A stretch of DNA of 64,000 nt, taken from assembly GCF_001194135.2 (NCBI RefSeq), contig NC_068982.1:32219855-32283854 (forward strand), in the 5' to 3' direction. This DNA is from Octopus bimaculoides. Lineage: Eukaryota. This document shows positions 1-13,426 of this stretch, one piece after another. The position numbers and the translations under genes are program-made. Positions within the stretch are counted from its first letter, which is position 1. Every line of letters begins with the position of its first letter. The notes under the pieces are model-generated. The model was not told where the DNA came from and ran no database searches. It saw only the letters and a program-made list of their open reading frames with translations.

Positions 1-157
1 TCATCATTGTCATTTAACGTCCGCTTTCCATGCTAGCATGGGTTGGACGATTTGACTGAGGACTGGTGAAACCGGATGGCTACACCAGGCTCCAATCTAA
101 TTTGGCAGAGTTTCTACAGCTGGATGCCCTTCCTAACGCCAACCACTCAGAGAGTGT
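1..157 (-). mobile_element. Dispersed retroposon end (RTE-associated SINE/LINE 3' end), copy 1
   Basis: Closely similar to 7445-7601 (both contain GGATGCCCTTCCTAACGCCAACCACTCAGAGAG); (CAT)n tail at the left end; followed by a (GT)n microsatellite. Confidence 0.7.
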
Positions 158-171
158 AGCCACTCAGAGAG

Positions 172-220
<49 letters not shown>

Positions 221-599
221 AGTTATACATATGTAGACATAGAGATTTATATATATATATTTAAATACACACACACACACACTCGCACCATACATACACA
301 AATATATATAGGAATAATAACATTTGACTGAGAACATGAATATATGTACACAAAATTGACTAGAAGTTGAAAGATATCAACTCAAATATAAAATATAAAT
401 ATAAAAGCTATTGTTCCTACATTCATGTCTGTATTTTTATCACTTTATCACTCTGGAATTTTCTATTAAATACAGTAAAGATATACTCCCATTAGGAACT
501 GATACTTTAACAGCCGCAACTGCAAAAATTTCCATACTCCTTCTCTGGTATTGCTATCGATCATGCTGATTATGTTGTCATATATATGTGTATATAAAC

Positions 600-632
<33 letters not shown>

Positions 633-1896
633 GATATATACACACATATGTACAAATATGTATGTGTATATATGAATATGCACAAACATGAATATACATA
701 CATATACATATAAATATACTTGCATATATACATATATATATATATACTTTCATGTGTATACATGTGAATATGCATTGAGTTTGTTGTCATTGTTGGCGGT
801 GGTGGTGGCGGCGGTGGTGGCAGTAGTGGTGGTGGTATTAGCTGCAGTGGCAGGGGCATAAAGAAAAGTTTCAGATAATGCAATTTTAAGTTTTAAAAAG
901 GTATCAATTTTGGAAACATGTTAGACCCAGACAGACTTTTCAGAATTCTGGAGATAGCTGCCTTTATGCAACATGCTCAAAATAATTTGCATTTCAATTT
1001 TGCGTTCTTTAATTTAATGGATATTAGTTTGTAATTTCTTTTTTCTAAAGACAAAATATTTTTGCTCATTTTTTTTTTTTACTTTCTTGCAAGGAAAATA
1101 CAGTTATCTCAATTATTTTAGTCAACAATAGGAATTGCATTATCATCTTTTACACTATTTAAATCACACACACACACACACATTCATTCTCAATATATAT
1201 ATATTGATATTTTATATATTCATTCTCAACAAATATATAACTGTTTCTCTCTGTCTAAATTTCCTTGTTAGTGAATTTATATACACATGCTCATGCATAA
1301 ATATTCTTAATGCAATGTATATATACCTTCATCTATGTATGTGTGTAGCATATACTATGCTACCATTACACAAACTTCCGGAGTATACATAAAATGATCT
1401 TACAATAAAATTAAATATTGTGTATTTTCATTTAGTATATTTGCTCATGCTAATTTCAACTTAAGCTCAACTATTTAATTCAATTTTAATGTTTTTGTTT
1501 TTGTGTCGTTTTCCATAAATGTGAACACATTCTTATGCCCAAATACAAACTAACAATGATATATATTGTGAAAAAAAAATTAAAATCGTTGACATCAACA
1601 CAAAACACAGTAGGTTGAGCTAGTGCAAATCTCTGGTTAGAAGAATTACAAAAGACATTTTAAAAAGCTTGAATATTTATCCTCAAATCAAGATAACTTT
1701 ACTTGTTAGTCATTGTTGAATAACTGGTAGCAGATATGGCAGTGTAGTAAAAGGGTTAACCTTGAAGCTATGCTGTTTATGGATCAATCCCACCACATGG
1801 CACTGCTGAGAAGTGCCTTCCCTTTATAGCCTCCAAAGTTTGAGAGTAAAATTCTGTAGGTGGAAACTATGTGGAAGACCCCCCCCCCCACCTCAC

Positions 1897-1993
1897 CTCA
1901 ATGAACTGTTCCAGTTTTTGGGTGTTTGGCTAAAAATCTGGTTGCCTTTAATGAAGTCTTCTCTAATACAAGCTTTCAGGTTAGGTCTACAGT
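1897..1993 (-). CDS. Candidate internal coding exon of unidentified minus-strand host gene (xCRPNLKACIREDFIKGNQIFSQTPKNWNSSL)
   Basis: Acceptor ttatccttag, donor GAG|gtgagg, 97 nt open (phase 1 to 2), non-repetitive sequence. Confidence 0.4.
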
Positions 1994-2194
1994 CTAAGGA
2001 TAACATAAGTCATTCCCAACATCAGTCTCAGAGGCCCTTGTGAGGGTCATAGGTACTGCCGTTTCTCTTTTGAATAAATGACAGCGTGAGACCTAGGAGT
2101 TAAGGTATTGCACCCACAATCATATGGTCATGGTTTCGATTCCCGGGCTGGACAGTACATTTAGTCTCAGCTAAATTACTACTAACATTCTCCC

Positions 2195-2249
<55 letters not shown>

Positions 2250-2254
2250 CTATA

Positions 2255-2487
2255 TACTCTCTTTACTCTTTTACTTGTTTCAGTCATTTGACTGTGGCCA
2301 TGCTGGAGCACCGCCTTTAGTCGAGAAAATCGACCCCAGGACTTATTCTTTGTAAGCCTAGTACTTATTCTATTGGTCTCTTTTTGCCGAACTGCTAAGT
2401 TATGGAGACGTAAGCACACCAGCATCGGTTGTCAAACGATGGTGGGGGGACAAACACAGACACACAAACACACACACACACATATAT

Positions 2488-2547
<60 letters not shown>

Positions 2548-2698
2548 CAGGCTTCTTTCAGTTTCCGTCTACCAAATCCACTCACAAGGCTTTGGTCGGC
2601 CCGAGGCTATAGTAGAAGACACTTGCCCAAGGTGCCACGGAGTGGGACTGAACCCGGAACCATGTGGTTGGTAAGCAAGCTACTTACCACACAGCCAC
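2255..2698 (-). mobile_element. tRNA-derived SINE family A with internal (CA)n/(TA)n
   Basis: Reverse complement of the copies at 41408 and 42060: tRNA-like head GTGGCTGTGTGGTAAG...GGTTCAGTCCC and tail GACTGAAACAAGTAAAAGAG. Confidence 0.85.
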
Positions 2699-4115
2699 AT
2701 TATATATACACACACATTATATATACACACACATTTGTGTCTTTGTGTCTGTGTATGTTTCCCACAGCTGGTATTGGTGTATTTATGTCCTTGTAACTTA
2801 GTGGTTTGGCAAAGAGATCAATAGAATAAGTTCTGGCTTTTAAAAAAATAAGTACAGGGGTTGTTTCATCAAGCTAAAAATTCTTCCAGGGGCTGCCCTG
2901 ACATGGCCTCAGTAAAATGACTAAAACAAGCAAAAGACTAAAGATATATAAATATATGTATATGTCACGCTCACCTTACTGTCTCTTCCCCTTACAATCT
3001 TCCCCCGTTTCTATGACTCACATTTCTCCATTACTCATAGCAGCACCCTTCATGTCATGCATTATACCTGACCTGCCGACTGGCATGATCTCTTTCAGGT
3101 TACTTTGTTATAGCCTAACACCTACTTGCACCATCTTATTAACTATCTCATTAACACCTGCTTGCACCATCTTATTAACTATCCTTCCAAGACTAATGTA
3201 CCCTCTGACCCTACTTTTCTGTCACTGCAATAACTCACTGCTCCCCTTATCCAATTTTGCATCCTCTCTTCATTGCCACCCTATCTGGGATATATTTTCT
3301 ACATTCATACGCTACTCTTACTCTTCCCCCTATATCTGTATTACCCTCCAGTCTCTCTTCCCACATTACTTTCACTGCACCTACTCTCAGCCACTGGTTT
3401 GTTTCCCCATCCTCTGCCTTTTTTCTTTTACTGTCAGCTTCTCCACGTTCACAAGCATGCATTTATGTATACTTAGAAAGATTAAGAATAGGATGCAGAA
3501 GTCTACTGCTGTAGGTAACCCTCTTCATGCTTGAAGGTGTTTTTTGTGCAACTGACTTGTTCTCACCATCAGTAGTCTTACTACTTCTCATTAGCTGAGT
3601 GAACCAGAGCTGTATGAAATAAAGTGTCTTTCTCAAAGACATAATGTACCTACTGGAGTAGAAATCGAACCCACAACCTTATGATTAAGAGAACACTAGG
3701 TTACATACTTCTGTGCTTGCTTAAACCTATATAAATTATTTCCAAGCCAGAATAAAAGAGAGCAGATGAAATATATTGCAATGAAATATGCTTATGTATG
3801 CTTATTGATCAGAAAATAGTAATAATATATTTTCCTTATTTTGTATTATTTTATGTTATTTATTTGCGTAATTATCTTATTGCTGTGGGTAAGTCTAGAT
3901 AATATATTTGACAAGAGCAAAGCAGGCATACATAAATATGTTTTTCCTCTTCTTATGTTCACTTATCTGGGGAATCTTCATAATATTCCAAACAGTATTT
4001 AATATAGTGTGTGACTATTTACTCATTGCTGAGAATACCCACTGCAATAAAATATGAAGATTATTATATAACTTTCCAAGTAGAAGTGGTTAAAAGAAAA
4101 TGAAGAGAAAATTAC

Positions 4116-4225
4116 TATCAAATGCAGAAGAATGGTGATTCATCTGCATTTGAAAATTGATAAACTCATAATAATATACTTGTGTGTCTTTTTTAATTTG
4201 GCTTGTCATCTTTTTTACTGATGAC
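4116..4225 (-). CDS. Candidate coding exon (L SSVKKMTSQIKKDTQVYYYEFINFQMQMNHHSSAFD)
   Basis: Strong acceptor ttttccctctctattttattcag; open frame phase 2 to 1 using donor ATA|gtaatt; phase-compatible with both neighbouring candidates. The donor choice is uncertain. Confidence 0.35.
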
Positions 4226-4365
4226 CTGAATAAAATAGAGAGGGAAAATACAAATATAAAAAAGATATTTATAACCACTTATCTGAATTGTGCATTTAAT
4301 AAATCATGTTTTTCTGGCTTCATATCAAGCCTAACTTTTCATATGCTTTGCTGATGTCAACTTAC

Positions 4366-4472
4366 AGAATATTTGTGAGAGGTAAATCTCGTTTGCAAAA
4401 TATTCTCAGTTTTAATATCAAATTTTTTCTTATAATCTTGGCATTAACACAGATTTCTTTTTCACAATGTAT
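4366..4472 (-). CDS. Candidate coding exon (IHCEKEICVNAKIIRKNLILKLRIFCKRDLPLTNI L)
   Basis: Acceptor cttgtcag, donor gtaagt, 107 nt open (phase 0 to 2); 140-nt intron to the next candidate. Confidence 0.4.
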
Positions 4473-4879
4473 CTGACAAGCTTTTAAATGGGGAAAGATA
4501 TAGTTAATTAAATTAACATTAATATTTAATTGCTTCTTGTATTGACACCTCTGAACTTATCAACAATAGAAGTAAAGTTTACATTGACAGGACTTCCACA
4601 AAGAATCCAATCATGCAACTATGTTAATAATAAGAATAAATTGGTAATTACTGAATGAAATTACTCAATGAAGATGGTATTTAAAATTATGAATATATAT
4701 GGCAAATGGAAAATTGTCCAGTTGTTTGATCTATTTATTTATTTTCTCTGAAATAAGTGAGGTTCAATGTGGATGATATTCTTTTTGAGCAAATGCTAGT
4801 CAACAACAGCAAGAAACACTTGAACTACAAAGGAATTTGAGAAGATCAACATTCTGGAGAAGGAAGGATTGGGTAACTG

Positions 4880-5135
4880 GTTAATGTGGGCATGGTGTGG
4901 ACAGACACACTAAGGTTGTAAGAGGACAAGTCACGTGTCAGTCAGATGAGCCAAAGTGGAGATGACACAAAAGGTATGACTGCAACAGGAGTGAGGATTC
5001 CGCGACGCACACATTCCGCGATGCACACATTTCCGCGATGCACATATACCATGATGCACACATTGCACGATGCACACGGAGGACAGAAGTAATTACAGAG
5101 GTATCAACTTTCTGGACCAGGTCATGAAAGGTATA
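4880..5135 (+). mobile_element. RTE-clade LINE fragment containing a 16-17 bp minisatellite
   Basis: Translates DRSNYRGINFLDQVMK, matching the NYRGIKLL motif upstream of RTE RT domains; repeat ATTCCGCGATGCACAC x about 5 at 4997-5077. Confidence 0.5.
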
Positions 5136-5158
5136 GAAACAGTTACAGCTCAATTAAG

Positions 5159-5378
5159 AATTATTTCTACTCTAGGCACAAGGCCTTGAAAATTTGGGGG
5201 AAAGGGAGTTATTCGATTATATCGACCCCAGTGCATAACTGGTACTTATTTCATCGGCCCCAAAAGGATGAAAGGCAGAGTCAACCTCGGCAGGATTTGA
5301 ACTCAGAATATAGCAGCAGACGAAATACCGCTAAGCATTTCACCCGGCATGCTAACGTTTCTGCCAGCTCGCCGCCTT
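5159..5378 (-). mobile_element. tRNA-derived SINE family B (Nin-domain-like core)
   Basis: Reverse complement reads AAGGCGGCGAGCTGGCAGAA...TTCTGAGTTCAAAT...GCCTTTCATCCTTTTGGGGCCGATGAAATAAGTACCAG. More than 15 related copies in the window (e.g. about 8190, 13660, 23500, 23755, 29230, 33255, 41160, 41870, 42440, 45500, 50095, 58850, 59000, 59430). Confidence 0.8.
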
Positions 5379-6142
5379 GAACAGCTTATTTAATAATGAA
5401 GATAATAAGTTTATAAGAAATGCAGTTTGAATGCAACTAATACTCTCAATCTAGTACAACAACTAGAGGAGTATTACAGTTCTATATTTAAGAGATGAGG
5501 AATTATATACATTATTTACATTTGGTGGATATTATTTACATTTGACAGAGTACTAGAGGAGTAGTATTTAGCTAAAAGGAAGCTGTTGCAATTAATATTC
5601 ATCTACCTGGAGATGGTCCCTCATTCAGTGATCCAGTGGTTTGTGAGGAAGCTTGAGGTAGAGGAATGACTTGTGAGAGTCATACTGGCCAATTACAGGA
5701 ATACTGTTAGTAGAGCATGCATTAGCAACTAGTACAGCAACAAATTTAGTGTACAATAGAACTGAATTTGAAACCACATCAAAGCAAAATAACTTTGTAA
5801 CCAAGCAGTTTTGCCTGTGTGCTTGTGTAAAAGTTTGTGTATGTGTATGTTTACAAGTGTATGTTTACATGCGTATGTGTGTATGTCTATGAGCATTTAT
5901 CTCCATTTGAGCATTTGTCTCTCTTCATGTTAACATCTCTTGTGCTGGAGAGATACAGTTTTTTATGTTTCACATAGACTGTGTAACACAACTCAGTATT
6001 TGAGCATATGAGAAAAACAGTGGAACATGTCACCTTACTTGAAAAAACCTGTAAAGGTTAACATAAGGAAAGCATCTGTCTCTTGGGTACTGTTTCAACA
6101 AGTCTCATCTACACCATACCAGCATGGTGAACATTGGATGTA

Positions 6143-6465
6143 AAAATGATGGCAATGATGATGATGATGATGGAAGAAGGAGGATGGGGAGGGAGCGCAA
6201 GTAACAATGACAACAACAAGGATGATGATGAGGTTGATGATAATAATGATGAGGAAGAGGAGGAGGAGCAGGAGTGGTAGGATGACAAGGACAAGAACAA
6301 AGATGACAATGATAAAAATGACAATGATGATGAGGAGGAGGGGAACAATGATGACGACGATGATGACGACAACAACAACAATGACAACAATGATGATTAT
6401 GATGATAATATCCTGATGATCATGATGATCATGGTAATGACTACAATGACAACAACAACAATACA
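6143..6465. repeat. Compound trinucleotide microsatellite (GAT/GAG/AAC/GAC)
   Basis: Direct reading; explains the low-complexity ORFs at 6095-6586. Confidence 0.9.
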
Positions 6466-6943
6466 TACACAAAACCAAATACACAAACAATCTTAGCCAA
6501 CCACTCACATACACACACATATTCAAATTCATTACAATCATTTTCATTAAATACATTAGATAGTTATAGATTTTGATATTTATCACATCTAATAATAATT
6601 ATATTTCTTATAATTTTGTGCTGTCTGTTCAATATCTATAATAATATTTGTTTCATAATTACTTTTACACTTATTGTAATGTAGAGTTTACTAAACTAAA
6701 ATTAAAACAAAAACAAACAAAAAATGGAATATTTTCTTTCAGAAATTTTAAAGATAAAATTGGTTCCATTGAATGTCTTATACTTATAATTTCTCACTCG
6801 TCTCAAATTACATTTAACTTTCTTTTCGTTTTTTTTAATTTCTTTTTTTTGTTTCAAAATGATGTTGTAACGTTATTATTTCATTTTTATAGGGAGAAAA
6901 TTAAAGATGTTTCAATTCACAATGAAAGAACTGCCTTTAGAAG

Positions 6944-7002
<59 letters not shown>

Positions 7003-7091
7003 TGTGTGTGTGTGTGTGTACATATATATGTACATATATGCATATATATTTACACACACACACATATATATAATACATATATACATATATG

Positions 7092-7135
<44 letters not shown>

Positions 7136-7386
7136 NNNNNNNNNNNNNNNNNNNNNNNNNNNNNNNNNNNNNNNNNNNNNNNNNNNNNNNNNNNNNNNNN
7201 NNNNNNNNNNNNNNNNNNNNNNNNNNNNNNNNNNNNNNNNNNNNNNNNNNNNNNNNNNNNNNNNNNNNNNNNNNNNNNNNNNNNNNNNNNNNNNNNNNNN
7301 NNNNNNNNNNNNNNNNNNNNNNNNNNNNNNNNNNNNNNNNNNNNNNNNNNNNNNNNNNNNNNNNNNNNNNNNNNNNNNNNNNNNNN
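7136..7386. other. Assembly gap flanked by (TA)n
   Basis: Run of N. Confidence 0.99.
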
Positions 7387-7419
<33 letters not shown>

Positions 7420-7444
7420 TGTATATATATGTATATATATATAT

Positions 7445-7601
7445 ATCATCATCATCGTTTAACGTCTGCTTTCCATGCTAGCATGGGTTGGACAACTTGA
7501 CTAAGGACTGGTGAAACAGGATGGCAACATCAGGCTCCAATCTAAATTTGGCAGAGTTTCTACAGCTGGATGCCCTTCCTAACGCCAACCACTCAGAGAG
7601 T
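7445..7601 (-). mobile_element. Dispersed retroposon end, copy 2 of the 1-157 family
   Basis: Direct similarity to 1-157. Confidence 0.7.
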
Positions 7602-7607
7602 ATGTAT

Positions 7608-7672
<65 letters not shown>

Positions 7673-8425
7673 CACACACACACACACACACATATACATA
7701 TATATATCAATGGATAAAGTTAGCTAGATATAGACATAGATATATAGAACGTTTAACAATATGTCATATTGAACTGTGTGTTGTTGCTGTTTCTTTCAGT
7801 TTTACACAACAACTAAACACTAACGGATTCCTCATTAAAGACATTACATTAATTAGCTGAATCAATTGTATAACATCTCCCAGTTCAAAAATCATAGTGG
7901 TTGTTACTCTTGTTGTATTTGTTATTATCTTTGTGGCTATTGTTGTTGTTGTAATTCAATGCTAGGCCAACCCATATTGAGCTTACTTATGACCAAAGGC
8001 ATACCAACCATGCCCATCCTATCTGAGTTATCTGTGGCTGCTTCATCTAATATGTCCTTTGGTTTTTAACCCTTTCTATATCAATGTACCTGTGACTACT
8101 TTTTGGTCTATGATATAAACTTTCTATTTAAAAGTAATCTAAATTTAAATCTTCAATCAAAATTTCATATTGATCTATGTTCCAGACTCTAGCATAATAA
8201 TTCTTTCTACTATAAGTACAAGGCCTGAAATTTTGAGGGAGGAGATTATTCGTTTATTTCAGTCTCAGCACTTAACTGTTACTTATTTCATCAATCTCCA
8301 AAGATGAAAGCCAAAGTTGACCTCAGTAAAATTTGAACTCAGAACTTAAAGCTAGAAGAAATCTCACTAAGCATTTTGTGCAGTATGCTAATGGTTCTAT
8401 TTTTCCTGTTCACTGTCTTATACTA

Positions 8426-8637
8426 CAGGGTGTCCACAAAGTCTGAGTATATGGGGATTATCACATACCTAAATAAATTGTTATGTCTCATAATTAATTG
8501 TTTATGTTATGATTTTATCTACTCCATGTACCCACATGGGGATTAACACATACTTAAAGAAATTATTACTTCTTATATTTAATTGTTTATGGTATAATTT
8601 TATTTACTCCATGTAGCCAAACTTTGTAGACACCCTG
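8426..8637. mobile_element. Tc1/mariner-type MITE
   Basis: TA|CAGGGTGTCCACAAAGT ... ACTTTGTAGACACCCTG|TA; 212 bp, no ORF. Confidence 0.8.
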
Positions 8638-8715
8638 TAGTTTAATAATCCTTTTTACTATATGTACAAGGCCTGCAATAATGATAATCATTTGTACTAC
8701 AGGCACAAGGCCTGA

Positions 8716-8747
<32 letters not shown>

Positions 8748-8760
8748 TAATAATAACAAT

Positions 8761-11700
8761 GTTAAACATATTAAACGGGGACGTTTAACATGTGGGAGTG
8801 ATAAAACACTGCTCCAAAATCTATCCCAAAACATCAGGAATAAAGACATCACATGGCGCCAAAAATTGCTGAAAAAGTGTTGAACTATATCCGAGTAAGT
8901 AATACTCGTTGAAATTTATTTCTATTTTCCAAATGAAATGATGTATTTTAACCGTATATCATCTCCACTGTCTGCACAGCACATGTAAACACGCTCGCCA
9001 CATTACAATCCAATCAACACCAGACCATCTCCATGACCAAACATCATGTGCAAAAAAATTTTAAATAAATTAAATAATACCGGTATTATTCAATCTAAGA
9101 ATAACAATCGGGAAGTACGTACTTTAAACTTGTTACACAAAAAGTATGAAAAACTACACGTGCAAAACAACTTAATACCAGAAATGAATGGACCAATACC
9201 CTACGAAAATGATGACCAACAAAATAAAGGGTGGGATTATTCCTCATGTCCCACAAATAAAATCAAAAAAGCATAAATGGAGACGTGAGAAATATATTTC
9301 AATCCTACATGTTTATTTTACAGCAGTGCTCTACCCAAAGAACGAAAACACCACAACATATACATATAAAATCTGGAAAAAAAATAACCTAAATATAGAC
9401 TTGGAAAAAGCAATGAACCCTAATAAGCTAGCTGACATAAGAAGATATATTCTCAAAACAAAAAAAAATATCAGAAATAAAAATAGAACACTTAAAAGGA
9501 AAAATACATCAGGAAACTGTAGACAGTAACCACACAGAAATGCCAAATAATATCATAAGCATTGGAACTGTAAAACACAAGGACATGTAACATTTCCAAC
9601 AAAAGCGAAGTAAATAATGAAAGACAACAAAAACAGACGGTAGGAATGTATAATGATGTGCAAAAAGCTCCAAACCTGAACACCACAGACAAATATATGA
9701 ATGGGAAGGAAGACAAAACAAACCTAAAATCTGGAAACAATGAAGGTGAACCTAATGATTATGATACTCTAAAAATGAGCATAATCAAAGAACTGAAAGC
9801 CATAGGTCTCAGTATGGACCACCATGATATTATTTGGCATTGCTGTGTGGTTACTATCTATGGTTTTCTGATGTATTTTTCCTTTTAAGTGTTCTATTTT
9901 TATGTACCTCCCATAAATTAAAATAGATACTAAAACAACATCAATAATAAATAGCATGAACCTGGCTGTCACAGAACTAATATCACCGGGCTAAATGACA
10001 CAATATATGCAGCGGTCACTGTGGCCACAAAAGAAGCTGGATGCTCCCTCAAACCCATCCAAATAGGAGTACCACCACCCAAACAAACCCTGTGGGTAAA
10101 TAATATCCAGAAAAAAATAGAAAACAAGAGAAAAAATCTGTCAATCCTTAACGAAACTAGTAGACAATCAACTCCAACCCCAAAAGATTCTACCAAGAAC
10201 TTGGCAAAAATAAAATAGACATCAATACAGCACCAACAGCAGAAGAAGTGGACGAATTTTGGAAAGAAATATAGTCGGCGAAGGAACAACCTCAGAAAAG
10301 GTCTATTAAAACAACGAACTCAGCACCTGAACAACTCTGGACCCTTATAACAACTGAAGAGATCACCTAAGCACTGAAAAACTAAGCAACTGGAAGGCAC
10401 CCTGGCATGATAAGAACCCTAACTTCTGGTTAAAATATCTGACAGGAACATGAGAAATTTAATGACATACTAGCAGAGCCAGAGACAATGCCTGAATGGC
10501 TCACAAAATGTGAAATGGCAAACCCACAAAATTACAGACCAATAACTCGTCTCCCTACAATTTACAAAGCCTTTACTGCAATAATATCACAAGTAATGAG
10601 CAAGCATCTGGAAGAAAACAACCTGTTTCCAAAAGAGCAAAAGGGATGCTGCAAGGGCTCATATGTCTGTAAAGATCAACTAATGATCAATAAAGCCATA
10701 GCTGAAGACAGTTGCAGAAAGAAGAAGGGTTTAAGTATGGCCTGGATTGATTACCAAAAGGTTTTTGATAGTTTTTCTCACACATGGATCCTAGAAACAC
10801 TAGCCATGAACAAGGTAGCACCAATAATCATGAAATGTATAAAATACTCTATGAATAAATGGCAGTCAGTGCTACAGCTCCAAACTAAAGAAGGACTCAT
10901 AAAAACCAAAGCCATCCCCATTAGAAGAGGAATATTCCAGGGAGACACGCTCTCTCCACTCCTTTTCTGCTTTCCACTGACACCTTTATCTGACATGCTA
11001 AACAGAACTGGATGTGAATACAATTGTTACAGCAAAACAATCAACCACCTCGTATATGGATGACCTAAAACTGTATGCTACAAATGATAAACAGCTGGAA
11101 ACATTACTACAGACAGTACGTGGATTTACCAAAGAAATAAATATTAAATTTGGTTTAGAAAAATGTGCCAAAGCAACCTTGAAAAGAGGAAAACTAGTTA
11201 AGAGTAGTAACATCACACTAGATAAAGCAAATGAAATAAGAGAGTTAGACCAAAGCCAGACATACAAATATTTAGGAATCAATGAACTAGATACGATACA
11301 ACACACCCAAATGAAAGAGAAAATAAAAAAGAATACTGGAGACAAGTTAGATTAATACTGAAAATAAAGTTCAATGCAGAAAACAAGATAATAGGTATCA
11401 ACACTTTAGCCATCCCAGTTATAAGTTACAGCTACAATATCCTTAACTGGACACTAAATGAACTAATCAAAATAGACAGGAAAAAGAGAAAAATAATGAC
11501 AGGATTTAGGATGCACTAACCAAAATCTGACATCTAAAAGTTATATATACAACATATCAAAGGTGGTAGAGGTCTCATACAGCTAGAAAACTCTTACAAA
11601 ATAACCACCATATGACTGCAAAAATACCTACTTCAGAAGCAAGGAAAACTACTACAAATAGCCACAAAACATGAACAAAACAAAAAAGCTGTTTTCAGAA

Positions 11701-12073
11701 GCTGACAAATGGAAACAAGAAATCATACTACATTCCAACTATGAAGAAAACGAAGAAACAACAAAACCTATAAAACAAATGAAATTCAAACTAAAACTAG
11801 AACAGCAATGGATCATGATAAAACGATGGCAAGAAAAGCCCCTTCATGGCAAATGCTGGACTAAACTAAATGCAAAAGAAATAGACAAAGCAAAATCCTG
11901 GCAATGGCTGAGAAGCTCAGGGCTCAAAACAGAGACTAAAGGATTTTTAATTGCAGCACAAGACCAAAGCCTCCTCACCAGAAATTTCCAGAAAACATAT
12001 AATGAAAAGAAACATAACAAGTTACTGCAGAATATGTAGAGATGGACAAGAAACAATAAATCATATTGTCTCC
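8761..12073 (+). mobile_element. R4/Dong-clade non-LTR retrotransposon, 3'-truncated, frameshifted RT pseudogene
   Basis: ORF pieces PQNYRPIT..PTIYK, EQKGC, AWIDYQKVFDS, RGIFQGDTLSPLLF, YMDDLKLY, FGLEKCA, YKYLG, LIAAQDQSL and zinc knuckle CRICRDGQETINHIVS; starts directly after (AAT)n. Confidence 0.85.
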
Positions 12074-13394
12074 AAATTTTCATGTTACCAGAATAAACAG
12101 ACTTATAACTCGTTGGCAATGGTATTTACTTTGATGAATAAAATTTCCGCATTGTTGAAATATATTGTGATGAATTTCATGTTTCAAAACGTTGCTTACA
12201 TTTTACTCAGCCTGATACATAAGAATGTCAACTGTAATTCAGTGATCACCTATCCAGGCTTTATGCAGATCCACTTTGTACTAATGAATTCAGAGATTTG
12301 TACTGCATTGTATTTACAAGCCTTTGTCATTTGTGAAAACATTAATCACTTGACATCATCATATTCAGAATCTTATTCCAGCTCCAAGCAATTCTTAATC
12401 ATTTATCTTTTCAATATTCTAGAAGTCATTTCTAAAAGTTAATTTATCATCTGTGATAGGTACAGGCTTTGATTTGAGCTTAAGGAGTTATATAGGTGCA
12501 GACATGGCATGAGTGAGTTTAAGAAGCTCACTTTGCAACCACGTGTGTTTATGTTCAATCCCAGCAAGTGTCTTCTGTTACACCCACAAGCTGACCAATG
12601 CTTTGTGATTGAATCTGGTAGATGAAAACTGGTTGAAAGTCTATAGTGTGTGTGTATGTGTGTTTGTGTTCTTACCCTGCCACCACCACCACCATACACA
12701 CACACTTTGGTTTATTTACATTCCTGTAACTTAGTGGTTTGGCAGGAGTGACAGAGAGACTAAATACAAAACTTTAAAAAAATAAGTAATAGAGACAGTA
12801 CTAGGGTGACATTATTTAATGTTTCAATTCCCTTTTAGAATGGATATAATCTAAAGGACATTGGCCGCTATTTCATATATGCTGAGCAATGATGCAGAAA
12901 GTATCTCATTGAGTCATAGTATTTTGATGGTGATGCTGTATTAAACCCTCTTTTGATCCAAACTACTCCATTGGCATCCGTATGGCCATTTTCAATACCA
13001 ATATACATTGCTTAATCTTCTGTAAATTCATATAGGCATCATTTTATTCATTATGAATAACTCTGTGAGATAATGCCAGCAGTATATTTCATTATGAATT
13101 TATATATTATCAGGTCTATCAGCGATATCACATCAAATAAGCTATAATAACACCTCCTGTTCTTATCTCTTTGAGAAAGACATAAATATTAAATCCAGTT
13201 TTCTCTTCCCTAAAAATCTCAATTTTACAAACCAAAAGATGAGTGATAGTGATCACAGGCATTGCAAAACCTTCCAGAATGGTCCTGTTTATGTATTTGA
13301 TGATCAGCTTAGATTTTGTATTTTGGGAAGGAAGGGAGAATGAATAGAAAGGGGAGATGATGAGCATAAGGAGGAGGAAATAATAATAACATTG

Positions 13395-13426
<32 letters not shown>

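Noticed and set aside
400-570. Possible minus-strand exon (MEIFAVAAVKVSVPNGSISLLYLIENSRVIK* or SMIDSNTREGVWKFLQ...)
   Set aside because: Two different frames are open and the acceptors are weak, so no call can be supported.
466-883. ORFs rich in YI/CV/HT and poly-P
   Set aside because: They are translations of (TA)n, (CA)n and (GGT)n microsatellites. The same applies to similar ORFs at 6.1, 6.9-7.7, 20.1, 21.4, 34.6, 36.9 and 61.4 kb.
6038-6052. Apparent 10-nt minus-strand microexon (cag|GTTTTTTCAA|gtaagg)
   Set aside because: It lies within a dispersed repeat (GGAACATGTCACCTTACTTG...).
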